From Tubiluchus corallicola (lineage: Eukaryota; Animalia; Priapulida), in assembly GCA_030141605.1 (NCBI GenBank), contig JAQGDQ010000324.1, positions 1 to 64,000 on the forward strand: a DNA stretch of 64,000 nucleotides. Reading direction: 5' to 3'. The translations under genes were made by a program, and so were the position numbers. The notes under the pieces were generated by a model. That model was given only the letters and a program-made list of their open reading frames with translations. It was not told where the DNA came from and did not search any database. Positions 25,177 to 37,675 of this stretch are shown piece by piece (positions within the stretch are counted from its first letter, which is position 1; each line of letters starts with the position of its first letter).

Positions 25177-26375
25177 CGTAAGTATGAATATCGAAAATAG
25201 AAAAAAACATACCTACTCGCCCAGCTGTGTGACTTTTCACGTGACGAATCGAGCCGATTAGTTTAGCCAATAATTTGATTCATGCGCACGTGTGCAATCT
25301 CATATGCTCCTAAACGTTTATGCATATTGTGGGTCTTCTCAGTCTTTCACACATTTCTACATGTGTCTTGGCACAGACATAGATATAGACAATTTTCATT
25401 TATCACCTCAAATGCACATTTTATAAAGCAAAAGCAAAAATTAATGACGTTTATAAAATAATTTGGGAGCAGTATAGGTGTGACGACGTCAGAGGGGGTG
25501 TAGGAAAAAGGGTAGCGATGGACCAATGGGTCATCAAGTCAGCTACCCTTCTCGGATTTAATTATTGAAAAGTTTTACACACTGCAAAAATTAATAGAGA
25601 AAACTGAGAACATAATAAATTAGTGATAATTTAAATAAATTACAACAGAATATGTATAATAGCATACATATAATTTGTCTAAGTAGCAACAACAAAAAAT
25701 AATACGTAAGCAAATAAAAAAAGAAAATTAAATTAAATAATTCAGCTTTGTGATAAGCGGGAAAAAATTTATATAAACAAATAAAGAAAATAATTACAAT
25801 AAGAATTATTAATTAATGTTTTAATTAACAGGTATCAAATAGCTCCAATTGCCATCATCTAAGGCCATATTCACATGTATGTGCAGGCGGTTCGCATCCG
25901 TCATGATGATAACAGCATGGCTGTTTGCTTCAACCAGCGAAAACTTAATACACCGATTTTGGTGTTTTTGAGGTTTAATTCGACACACGACACCATTAAT
26001 ATTCTGTTTGTTCGGCTAAAACAGCTTAGGTATACATTCTGATATCATTGTTCATGCTTAGCGCTGGACGTATAAGAACTGTAGCGTTTCATCAGGACTT
26101 CGAATTTTAGGTAGTCCAGCTTTTATGATGCTGTAGCATTGCCAAATTGTTCGCAGGACAAAGATCCTGGAAGTAGTTCCTTTCTCGACAACTTGGAAAT
26201 AGTTTCTTTTTTAAATTGCAAATTTGAAATAGCTCCTTTTGTCGCAGAGGAAATTGAAACTAAAATTAATTCCCTTTGCAAGTTTCGTCTGGAATTTATG
26301 TTTAAGAATTTTTATATATTTCTATTCCTGCATTCTTTGATTAACTGCTGCTCTGCAAAACAACAACATCAACAT

Positions 26376-26410
<35 letters not shown>

Positions 26411-28349
26411 ACAATAACAAATTTGTTGCCAGGAGTGATTAAAACGCTCCAGCTATTTTATATCGGTTTTCATGGATATTTTTGTGAAAAGACTAAAAGC
26501 AATTCCGCATTAAAGGGAACTGAACTAGGGCCAAGCACGTTGCCTAAGCTATTTTGGCTGCGAAAAATCTAGAGATTGGAGTTACTCTTTTCCTAAAAGT
26601 CAGAGAAGTTATGTACTTGTATTGCTTCGTTCTGTCACATATGAATCGAACTGGAAATAATTCCTTTTTCTGGCTAAAGTACTAGGCAATGGAAACAGAT
26701 TATAAAAGTGAGAATTTGTCATGATGCTGTCTGTTACACTATGCAGCTGTAGCTATTTTCGATTATTGTATTATTATATTACATACATACATAGTATTGT
26801 ATTATTGCATTTTCTGAGCGCTTATTATAAATTTATGTAACTGCTTTGAACGTTTTTTGTCATTAAATAAATCACAAGATTCATAGCACGAGGAAAATAT
26901 CGACTTTTGCCGTTTACCTACCTTTTCATTCCATCTGTTTCATAACGGTTTGGCAAGCAAATGGATTATCGCACATAATGTTTCACGCCCAAAGCTTTAC
27001 TTATTGCGAATGCACATCCATAATGTCCTCTGTCTGATTAGTAAATAGCTCACACTTATTACCTGTGCTGTGATGCACCTGGCGCCGTCCACGGTAATTA
27101 GGTGACAGCCTCATGGCGGTTGCAGGTACAAATCACAGGTAAATCTCCTGACAGAATTTTATTTCTACCTGCGTGTGACGTTTCTCTTAGGTGGACAGAC
27201 GCGCGTCAATAAGTACGACAAGGACTGAAGCCAGCGACGCAGCTGCTACGCGCACAGGGAAGCCTGAAGCCAATTGACACAGCAAACTGGGAATAGGGAA
27301 ATTACTTTGCGAGACTTCCGGGAAATTTGTTTTGTGATCTTGGTGCGTATGTCATTAGCTAGCATACCATAAACAGTTATAAGTATATATATATATACAT
27401 AGGACGGATGGCACCGCGGCCGACACCGTGCGGCATGTCTTAATTATGTCATTCAACGGTTCACCCATAAACAAAGACTGAATAATATAGTCACTCGAAA
27501 TGACAATTTATTATTGAATATTACACGTTAAATAAGGAACGACCAGCTTACCTACAGGAACAGAGTTTGCGAGAAAAGCCTGAGAAATGTGAACAGAGCT
27601 GCACATGCTACGAAAGACACGACCACTGACAAGGGTCTACAGCAGACCTTCCCTTTTTATAAGCTCAGGTGTGCACGTGACTAGTGGCTTTTACTAACAC
27701 TTTGTCAGAATACGAGTCTGTGCTAGATAAAGCCATGTTCACACACACACACACCTGAGAAGTCTACTGTATTCCCCTGCCAACATTACATTTCATCACA
27801 GCCCTGTAGTACAATATATATATATATACATTTTCTCAAAATTCTTTTTTCTGCTATTTCAGGCAAGGAAGCAGTTTAAAACGGATCCTACCGCATTAAC
27901 AAAGCCTGAGGAGCAGTGGAGCAACTCTATAGTGCTAATTCGTGTGACAACTCACGCTGTATAGGAGCGAATGAACGACGTCAACACTTCTGACTGACTT
28001 CTCTCCATCGTTATTAATCATTTCAGCCCAACAAGCCTTTAGAAGCAAATGGGCAACGGCTATCCAAGCGAAATGAGAAGCAACACCCAGAGCCTCTTTC
28101 ATGTCTATCCGGGCTGCGACATCTGGACACGCGGCACTCCTCAAGGTTACATTTCTCAACATAATGTGGCCGAGAACCGAATAGTATTGTTAGGTATTGA
28201 GAAATGTTAAATTAACCACTGCAAGCAATCTCTATCTCACAGACAGAAACGCAAACGATAAGCAACATTTTGTTGTACGTAAGAGTGGTGAAATTTCTTG
28301 CGCGAGTTCATGCAGGAACACGTCTGTTAATATTTTGGTTTTTTCTGCT

Positions 28350-29059
28350 ATGTCTGCAAATGCTGCCATTGCTGGGAATCTAATTTGATATAAATGTCGT
28401 CGAAGACTTTCCTCTTGTTGACAATGTTCTTTCTAGTTCTCTGCTCTCACGCTCGGCATCAGCCCATCTAAGAACTTCTTCAAATAATATTCCTTCACCG
28501 ATGGTCAAGTGGTCATGCTTCACGAGCATCATGGCCGCGTCATGGCTTAACGAAAGAAAATTTTCAGACTTGATCACTGCTTCTGTTTGTGCATTTTCGA
28601 TTACCAAATATTACAACTGTACGTACTTGTTTTCATGTGCAAATACTGTTAAAAGAGTGCAAACAAATAATTTATCCAAGAAAATGCCACATTTCATGAA
28701 TTTCATTGCCAGGTTTTCAAGTTCTCGCATTATATACTTTTTAGCAAGATACAATGTAGCAGGTATAGTTTGACAATGGAGTGTTACATCATCTGTGTAA
28801 ATGTATTCTAAAAGCAAAAGAAATATACTTGGTTGTACATCATGTATGTCTATTATGTCATCAAGCTCATGACGCAAAGGTCCATGAAACATTTTCTTGA
28901 AAACATCAAACTGAGAATGTACAGATTAGATTTGACGAGAGTTTTTTCCAGATGAAACGTTTCACCACACATATCATCATAGTCGCCACTTCTTTTCCAA
29001 GTTTTCATTACATCCAGGATTTCAGTAGGTGTTTGCAATGTTTTTATCGACATTGTCAT
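28350..29059 (-). pseudogene. Intronless BTB-BACK (BTBD1/2/3/6-like) pseudogene
   Basis: Translated pieces: VFKKMFHG...IDIHDVQPSIFLLLLEYIYTDDVTL...TLYLAKKY (BTB); SENFLSLS...L.I.E..LFEEVLRWADAE (BACK); IRFPAM in a shifted frame near 28370-28390. Frameshift near 28910, in-frame TAA at 28611-28613, second frameshift near 28410. Confidence 0.85.
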
Positions 29060-29319
29060 TTTGAAATTTAAACAAGTGAATTTGTATCTAACGTAAAATC
29101 CTTTTGCCAGACGTAATAAGGACTGTTTTCAATTAACAGAATAACAGGTTATCATTATACGCAAGTTTGAGGCCTGTCATGCAAGGCACATTGTCTACAC
29201 GCTGGCTAAATTAAGTTCAATACATATCGAGTGTTGTTTTATTTGACTTTTTGTGCATCATAAAAATTAAATTTTGACTCAAACATTATTAACTGAGACA
29301 GCTTTGATTGTTTTAAGAA

Positions 29320-29460
29320 CAGATGGTTTAGTCTTTGTAACCCGTCTACTTTCCGTCTGTTAGATCGTGAGTTCGATACAGCGACCTGGTCATACCAAAG
29401 ACTTTAAAAAGCTGTTGCCCTGCCTGGCGCGTAGTATTTAGGGTAAAAGTGGGGTAATAA
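29320..29460 (+). mobile_element. tRNA-derived SINE remnant
   Basis: B-box-like GAGTTCGATAC followed by GGTCATACCAAAGACTTTAAAAA..CTGCCTGGCGC; related minus-strand copy at ~51425-51545. Confidence 0.55.
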
Positions 29461-29520
29461 TAGTCTCTGTTATGTAGTTCTAGTTTGTTATTTACAGTCG
29501 GCGATAATAGCACTTTTAAG

Positions 29521-29532
29521 ATTATTATTATT

Positions 29533-29577
<45 letters not shown>

Positions 29578-29603
29578 ATTGTTATTATTATTACATTATT
29601 ATT
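29521..29603. repeat. (ATT)n(GTT)n microsatellite
   Basis: Direct reading; a similar tract lies at ~35113-35172. Confidence 0.95.
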
Positions 29604-30976
29604 ACTTTTGTCGAACCTGTTTTAAAGCTCATTTCTTATCAGATGCAGAATTATGAAATTGGTTCATAATTATAGCCCTACGTGTATGCACATGTATTTT
29701 GCGCATTATTTCATCAGCTTTGATTCGTCAGTAATTATTACACCATGAATTCATTTGTAAGAAGCTCACATAATGTTAATCTGCAACTGATGGTAACACC
29801 AGTAATTACATGGACATAATGATTTGTGATACCTTATTGCTTATAATTGTTTTGACTGCATTAGAAATGCCGTATGGTGTCATTACCTTATAATGGTCGA
29901 AAATTTCTCTAATGGCATATGTACCAAAAATGTGCTGGCACCTACTCCAAAATGATGGCTTCCTTAGACAGTGTCAACTCTGGAATGCTGCGGTTGCATC
30001 AATAAGATATAAGCTGATTAGATGGGGTGGTGGTCGAAAATAACAGCCAGCTGTTTCCAAGGAGGACCGAATTAACATGTTTCCTTGATTTCAACGTGAA
30101 AACAAACCTGTCTTAGCTGTTTGACCACTCAAGCCTATGCTTTTACAAAGCTCGTTGTGTAATAATTTATAATTATCATGCTTTTGTGATAAATCGTTCA
30201 GTTAATAATTATAATATTATTTGTATAATTTCATAATTATAGTTTTTATTTCAGGCAAAAATGTCCCATATGCAATTATTTACATAAGTATGGATAAAAC
30301 TTACATAATAAAAACATTTACAAATTCACTAAAGTGGTCCTAAAAACTTATATAAATTGAAAATTTGGAGATAAAGGTTCATTTAAAAACTTGAAAATGT
30401 TCGGTTTATGTAGTAGAACTCACAATATTAACAACATAATTATGTGATTAATTGTGTTTAATTAATAGCGTTTGATAAATTGCCCACTGTACTTATTATA
30501 GATGTACTTGTGATTGTAATGATCTTTTGTCAAGTACAATATTGTTTACATTAACAATATACGTGTTATTTCTCATTGCCAAATTCCATTAGCTAAATTA
30601 GAAAGTTTTTGAATCAAAAGGTGCCAGGTGTTTAGTTTAGTGTTTGTCTCATAAACTCGTCCTCGTGTTTACTTTCTCAAGATTGTACATTAAAGTTACC
30701 AACGACATATTTTGCCTTTATATTTTTCTTTCCATGAATGCTAGGACGATATTGCACACATGGACAAAACAGATCAAGCTAACAAGAAAAAAGAACGAGA
30801 CATACAGAGTACTACAGATCTTGCATGACAGTGCATTCAGTGTTTTTCCTGGTAATGAAGAGAGAATTACTACTAATAAATAGTACTAGTAATTGATAAT
30901 ATTGCTTATTAGTGCGTTGGTATTCTTAAATTTCTCCAGCATCGCCAACAGATGGCTGACCGTGCATATAAGTTCC

Positions 30977-30990
30977 GTTACCATGACTAC
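30977..30990. promoter_or_regulatory. X-box-like motif GTTACCATGACTAC upstream of the MOK-like gene
   Basis: One mismatch to consensus; ~260 bp upstream of the first ATG; adjacent CTCF-like CCAACAGATGGCTG at 30945-30958. Confidence 0.5.
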
Positions 30991-31246
30991 AGACTGGCAT
31001 GCTTTCAGCGGCGCCGTTGTGGTTATTCTTAAATCTTGATCCAATGATCTCTAATGTCTAAATTTAAGAATAATTTTGAAGATTTTTTAATTTTTGAACG
31101 TCAGGCATGAATCTTCTTAGTAATTTAAATAGTTATTACTTCACGCTGTTAGGCTGCTGATTTCTTGAAAGGAAAATGTGGTGAATAGGCTAACTGAACA
31201 CCGTGAAAAGTTGGAACTTGGCAGTACATCGAAGTATATTCATTTC

Positions 31247-34200
31247 ATGCACAACAAAATTAATGCGAACCTACTACCAGAGCAGCACCATGCAAATGGT
31301 GACGTGATGTCTGATGGAGATGGCACAGAGAAAATGAAACGAGCATTAGAACATAAGCCATCGACATACCCAAGTAAGTAGATTTTTTCTGAAATTTTTA
31401 TGGTCTGCCATAGTGGTACGTCTGCTGTTGGTATTACTGATCACAACGTAGGTGTGTTACGGTCACTTTTGTTACTTCACTGTTCACATACTATTGAGTC
31501 ACAGTCCGCTGGTCAGTTTAGTTAAAGCACTGAGGTCACTTTACATAATATTTTCAGGATACCGACTTCTCAATAAGCTTGGTGAGGGCACGTATGCTCA
31601 TGTCTACAGGTGCACATGGTTGAGAGATGGCAAGCAGTACGCTCTGAAAAAAATGAAACAGAAATACAATTCGTAAGAACATTTGATTTTAAAATATTTT
31701 GGGTAGCAAACAGCTTAAGTGGTTCTTTCAGATTAATACATTAATTGCCTGTGACATGCGTAGTCTGCATTATTTTTGGGTTAGGATTTTTTTGCAGACA
31801 TACAAAATATAAGATAAGTGTTAATTGTGGAAGAACACCTGAATCGCGTATGCAACATTATTTCAGGTTTACTTTATACAGGAATCATACGTTTTCCAAC
31901 ACGTAAATTGTACAATAATGCTTTGTGCAAGCCTGTCCATTTTACGTATGCTTAACTCCTTCAAGACCGTAAGCGTTTTCTGCATTTTGCATGGCTTTGA
32001 TTATCACTAAGCAGAGATTTTGTATTATTTCATAATTTCCGCACGTTTCTACTCCTCACACAATGGATTTTCTTGCAAAATTATATATGAAATGCATTTG
32101 CTTATCTTAGACAAATTAAAAAGCGATTTTTGACGAAAAATTTGAAAAAAGCTTTCAGTAACTGCAGTGTTTGCACTGCAACAATGTACAGTATCACTTG
32201 TGTGAAGTCGAGCTAATGCAGAAAATCTCAACTATCGGACACTGCACTCTGATAGACTTTGGCTTTGAGTGTACTCTGTTAAAAGAAATTCCTGTTAAAA
32301 GATGACACGACCTTCGTTCCTCCTTGACTTATCTGTTGGTTTTTCTTGGAGCTTTGTAGTGCAGACAATTCTCTGGGCTGTAGCAAGCAGGTGATCAATA
32401 AAATATTGTGTACGATCATGCAAGTGTACACCAGACTGAGATATTCAATAGGATAAGTTGGAGTGCCTGAAAAGGGCGTGCTTTTTTTACTTTTAGCCAA
32501 TTAAATCACTTATAAATGTTTAAACAAATAGCATGACTGGACAGCCGAGATTCTCCTGAATGGAACAGTTCCTAATTTGTAACCATTTAGTTATGTCTGT
32601 GCTTATACTGTAACAGAAATGCCATAGGTCTTATAAGACCTATTTTGAATGGTGCGGTCCTGAAGGAGTTGATGTAAACTGTTGCTTGATTTTCAAGAGC
32701 ACTGTAAGAAAGTTCTGAAAGTGTCTCTTTGCAGTCATTTACTGCCATTGCTGCTGAAAATGCCTAGGAATCTGGGACCGGATTCACTAACATATTCGTA
32801 AGAATTTTCGTAAAAAACCTTGTGGAAATTTTTTGGTTTTCGTAAAGTTACGATCACGTTTAATAACCTTCTTATGTTACGAAACCTTTGTGAATTTCAT
32901 GGTAAGGCTAAAAATATTCTTAAAATGATCTTACGAATAAAACGGGTCGTAAGAAGCTTTGTGAATACTCCCCCCCCCCTGAACAAATGCTTTGAAACGT
33001 GATCAAAGAATGTACTTAAATGTGTCGTTCAAAATATAAAAATAAAAAATTCATATAAGCATTATCCGTTTTATGTGGTTTTGAAATATTTGGAAATTTG
33101 GAACTGTTAAGAGCAAACATGCTCACGCGTACACGCACACGTGCATACATACCAGTGTTTCACTCTGTGTATTACAGACTTCATTTGTTCTGCTTTTATC
33201 ACTTTTAGTATAGAGGAAGCCAATCAGTTACGGGAAATTAGAGCTCTGAGAAAGTGCTGCCCACATAGAAACATAATCAACCTTGTTGATGTAATATAGT
33301 AAGTATGTCCTTTTGTCCTTTGTCCTTTTCCTGTATAGATGTTATGATCAACTTTCTTTGGACTAGTTTTAAGTGCAGTATAAATTATGTAGCTTTAAGG
33401 AAAGACAGGATGGTTTTTCTTATAGTACTCCATTTTAAAGTCCGATAAAGAGTGTACATTTTAATGCAATTAATACCTTAAAATCGTTTTTGGTAATTAA
33501 ATAATAGATTAAAAACTTAATTAACGGCAGATTAGCTCAACAATTGATGACATCACAAGCTAACATAATTTTCAACTGAAAAGTTATTCCACGAACGCGT
33601 TGCGCATGTTTGCGAAAGCGAAAATTGAAGTACAGTGCTGCTGTAAGAGAGTCAGTGTGTTGTACTAAAACTAGGCATGTTATAAGATAAAAATTCCAGT
33701 TTCAAATGAACCGCTGCGCTCACGCATGAGCTGTCGAACATCTGGAGTTCGTTGCAAACTAACACATCTGAACTGAGAGGTACGGAACCTATTTTTTGTG
33801 CGATGCATTTTGGAAATGCAAGCGTTAGTGCCCATCTAACTGTTTTCAATACTGTGTTGTTGGCTTGTTGTACAATTTATGCTTGCAATTTATGTATCTG
33901 TTTCAGTGATCGTCGAACCAGGGTACTTTGCCTATTAACCGAAGTTATGGATGCAAATTTGTATGAACTTATAAAGGGTGAGAGTTAAAACAACAGTCTT
34001 CATGTGTGGGTGTATATTTCAAGTTGTTGGACGATATTTCAAATGCTAGGACGATATTGCACACATGGACAAAACAGATTGAGCTAACAAGAAAAAAGAA
34101 TTGAAACGGGACATAAAGAGTATTACAGATTTTGCATGAAAGTGCATTCATTGTTTTTCACGTTAATTGTGTAACTGTATAATTTAAAGGTTTTAGCATC

Positions 34201-37200
34201 TAAATGTTGATTTTTTTTCAGATCGAAATTTACCACTGCCAGAAAGACAAGTCATTAGGTACATGTATCAGCTTGCAAAGGCAGTTGACCACATTCACGG
34301 GTAAGTCTATAGTGTTAGTCAAAAATCATTTCAAATTTGCACATTGTGCTACATGGATGTGTGTGACATATCCAAGACTGGATTATCTTATAGGCTAGTA
34401 TAGGTTGCAGCCTATAGAGCCTCAAACTTTGGTAACGTCTGGCAAAAAAATCTCTTTTTCGGGTTGTGTTGAAATAGTGCTAATTTGGTTTGCAATAAAT
34501 AATGGTAAGACAGTGGTATTTCTTATTTTTTTATTTATATTTTTAAGAATATTTTTATTTACAAACAAAAAGTAACTACTGTAGTTATTATTAAAAAAAT
34601 TGCAATAAGCTTACCTCAAGCTATGTAAATGTTCCTAAAATATATCAAGAGTAAAAATATTCATTACGGGAGTGGGCGAGTTAGAGGGGGGCTCCGTCTG
34701 AGGAGGCCCATAATTTCATTAGCCTAGGGGCACAAGAGCCGACCCTGGACATATCATATTAGCTAAAAAAGTACTCCTTTGAACTTAACGTTTTAATCTA
34801 TTCTGTTGTCTGTACATGTTTGTTTTCCAGTGTCGGCGTTTTTCATAGAGACATCAAACCCGAGAATGTTCTAGTGCGGGTATGTGCCGAAAACTTTGTA
34901 TTATTATAGACTGTCTATTTGTTACTTTAGTAGTCACACGCTGCTTTATTTAATATTGAGGGAAAAAAGAACTTTTAGAGTATGTCTCAAAAGCTATCCA
35001 TGCAAATGATGGCAGGCTAGATGACCTTTTGGTCTTTCGCCATCCCGTGCTTCTTTTAACTTTGCAACTCATTGTTATATACTATCTATGTTTGTTATTC
35101 TGAAGGCAAAAATATATTATTATTATTATTGTTGTTGTTGTTGTTGTTGTTGTTGTTATTATTATTATTATTTGCATTAGTCTCACCTGTTTGAAAGACG
35201 TATGTAACTAAAAAAGAAATTTCTTAATGATTAAAAATATTTGCACCAACTTGTAAAATGTCACTGACTCACCTTCCCAGTGTGCACCAGTGTCGACCAC
35301 TGACCACCAATTTTTTCCACAATTTGGTACAAATAACTTTTGTTTACAATAAAAAATTTTTTATACTTTTATTAAGATGACTTACATTTCTGCTGCTCTT
35401 CATTTCCTGATTATGACCGCTAGAGAACAGTCAAAATCTCTTTATATTAAAAAGAGCCGAAAAAATTTCTTTTTTGTAGGATATTTGTACCAACTGATAT
35501 TTGAAGAGTGTTTACTTCTCCTTTAATTTCTATCACTTCCTAATTTGATCTTGTATTCTGTATGTCGCCAGTTGCCACTTAAGACAAAAGGTAACAAATT
35601 GATGTCGATGGATGTATTGCGACTACAATCTAGCAAAAATAATCTCCCGAGTTGAGATACTGGATCAATAGAGGTGCCGTAGGCATGTTCGGATTTTCCA
35701 ATTTTTCTTTCAATTAGAGAATAGAGAAACAGTCATGTCAATATGACAGATATCTTGGTGATCAACTATCCACAACCAGTTTTCTTGGTGATCAACTATC
35801 CAGTTACTATCCAGATTATGGTTTGCTTAAGTGTTCGTTTTTTGAGTAAGCTATTGCATATCATACTAAAACGCATTACAGATCAGTTTGTGCTAATTGT
35901 TATTGTTTATCTGGTTTAGGGAAATTTGTTGAAATTAGCCGATTTTGGATCAGTACGTAGTGTGCATTCCAGGCAACCATACACCGAATACATATCAACA
36001 CGGTGGTATCGGTCACCGGAGACCCTTTTGACCGACGGCTATTATGATGAAAAAATGGACATATGGAGCTTCGGTTGTGTGTTCTTCGAGGTGCTAACGT
36101 AAGATTTTGCTTAGTAGTACAAAAGTAAAGGTCATCGTTACCACAAGCAGTTTAGACTGTTGGCTTAACGGACCAAATACAGTAGGCGCCATTTATTAGA
36201 TCCACGGTTAATTGACTCAATCACTTAATTGACCCAAAAAACATCTGGTACGGACTGCTCCTATTCAAATGTATATAAGGTGTCTATAATTCATTCAAAT
36301 AACTCTACATAATTGACTCAAATAACTCTACATAATTGACTCGAATAACTCCGCATAATTGACTCAATAACTCCGCATAATTGACTCATATAACTCCACA
36401 TAATTGACTCAAATAACTCCTCATAATTGACTCAAATAACTCCACATAATTGACTCAATATTTTTCCTTCACGTACTTAAAATAAGACACTTGTGTGTGT
36501 ACGCAAAGAGCTTTTAGTACTTTTAAGTCCTCTTTACGTCGATTTTGTGCACTACAATATACGTAGAAACATTCATGTGAGGTACATCTTTGTTTATAAG
36601 CAGCTAGAGTAGCATTTATCGCATTGCACTAACATGTTAGCATAGCAGTTTTGCTTTGAATCTGTTACCCACTTGTCCGCTGCTGTTAACCTCTTTGTTT
36701 CTGGAAGCTAAACATTTAATCACTTGCCCAGGAGTTTACTTTTGAAGTCTCCGTTGCTTTTCACATTGGAAACAAGGTCATCACCAACTGCAGGATAAGC
36801 ACTAAGTGACTAGGTTTTTGTTGTTTTTATTATTATGAGAATTTCATAAACCAACTTCTTTGTGAAGAAATGACACAATCGACCTCGCATGAATTTTTGT
36901 AATTTTTAATGGTAATAATGAGATTTGCCAGGATTTTTCCTTTTCTTTTTTTATTAAATCACTTATACAAATTAGTATTCTTAAATAATTGCACAGAGGG
37001 ATTTTGACATTAATTTGTTTCTGAAATTCATTTAAAGCATTTGCGATGCATAATAAGGTGATTTGTGATGACTCATACTTCTATGGTAGTAATAGACTAC
37101 ACCCTTCAGCTAATTGATTCAGTCGGTTAATTGGGTGAAAACACTTCCATCCCGAAGTGAGTCTATTAAGCGGCACCTACTGTAATGATCCATGGTTTCA

Positions 37201-37509
37201 TATTTATTACTGTTATTTAAAATTTCAAAATCTGTACTGTTGAAACTTTGGTAAACTGACCAGAGTTTATTAACCCTTCTCCTGAAGTTGCTGTTTCTTT
37301 CTTCGTCCCTACTCCCTTTGCTCTCTGCCCACAAGCTAATTTTTGTTCAGCTTAACAAATTTGCCTGCATAAAACTTCATGTGTGAAGTTCAACAGTAAT
37401 TTTCATATGTCCAATTGTGCTTCCAAATAGCATGCGTAATCCCAAAAACTTAAAAATTATAATATATTGTAAAGCTGTTTGGTCTAGCTATCAGAGTGAA
37501 AAGATTAGT

Positions 37510-37608
<99 letters not shown>

Positions 37609-37632
37609 GAGGGAGGGAGGGAGGGAGAGAGA

Positions 37633-37675
<43 letters not shown>

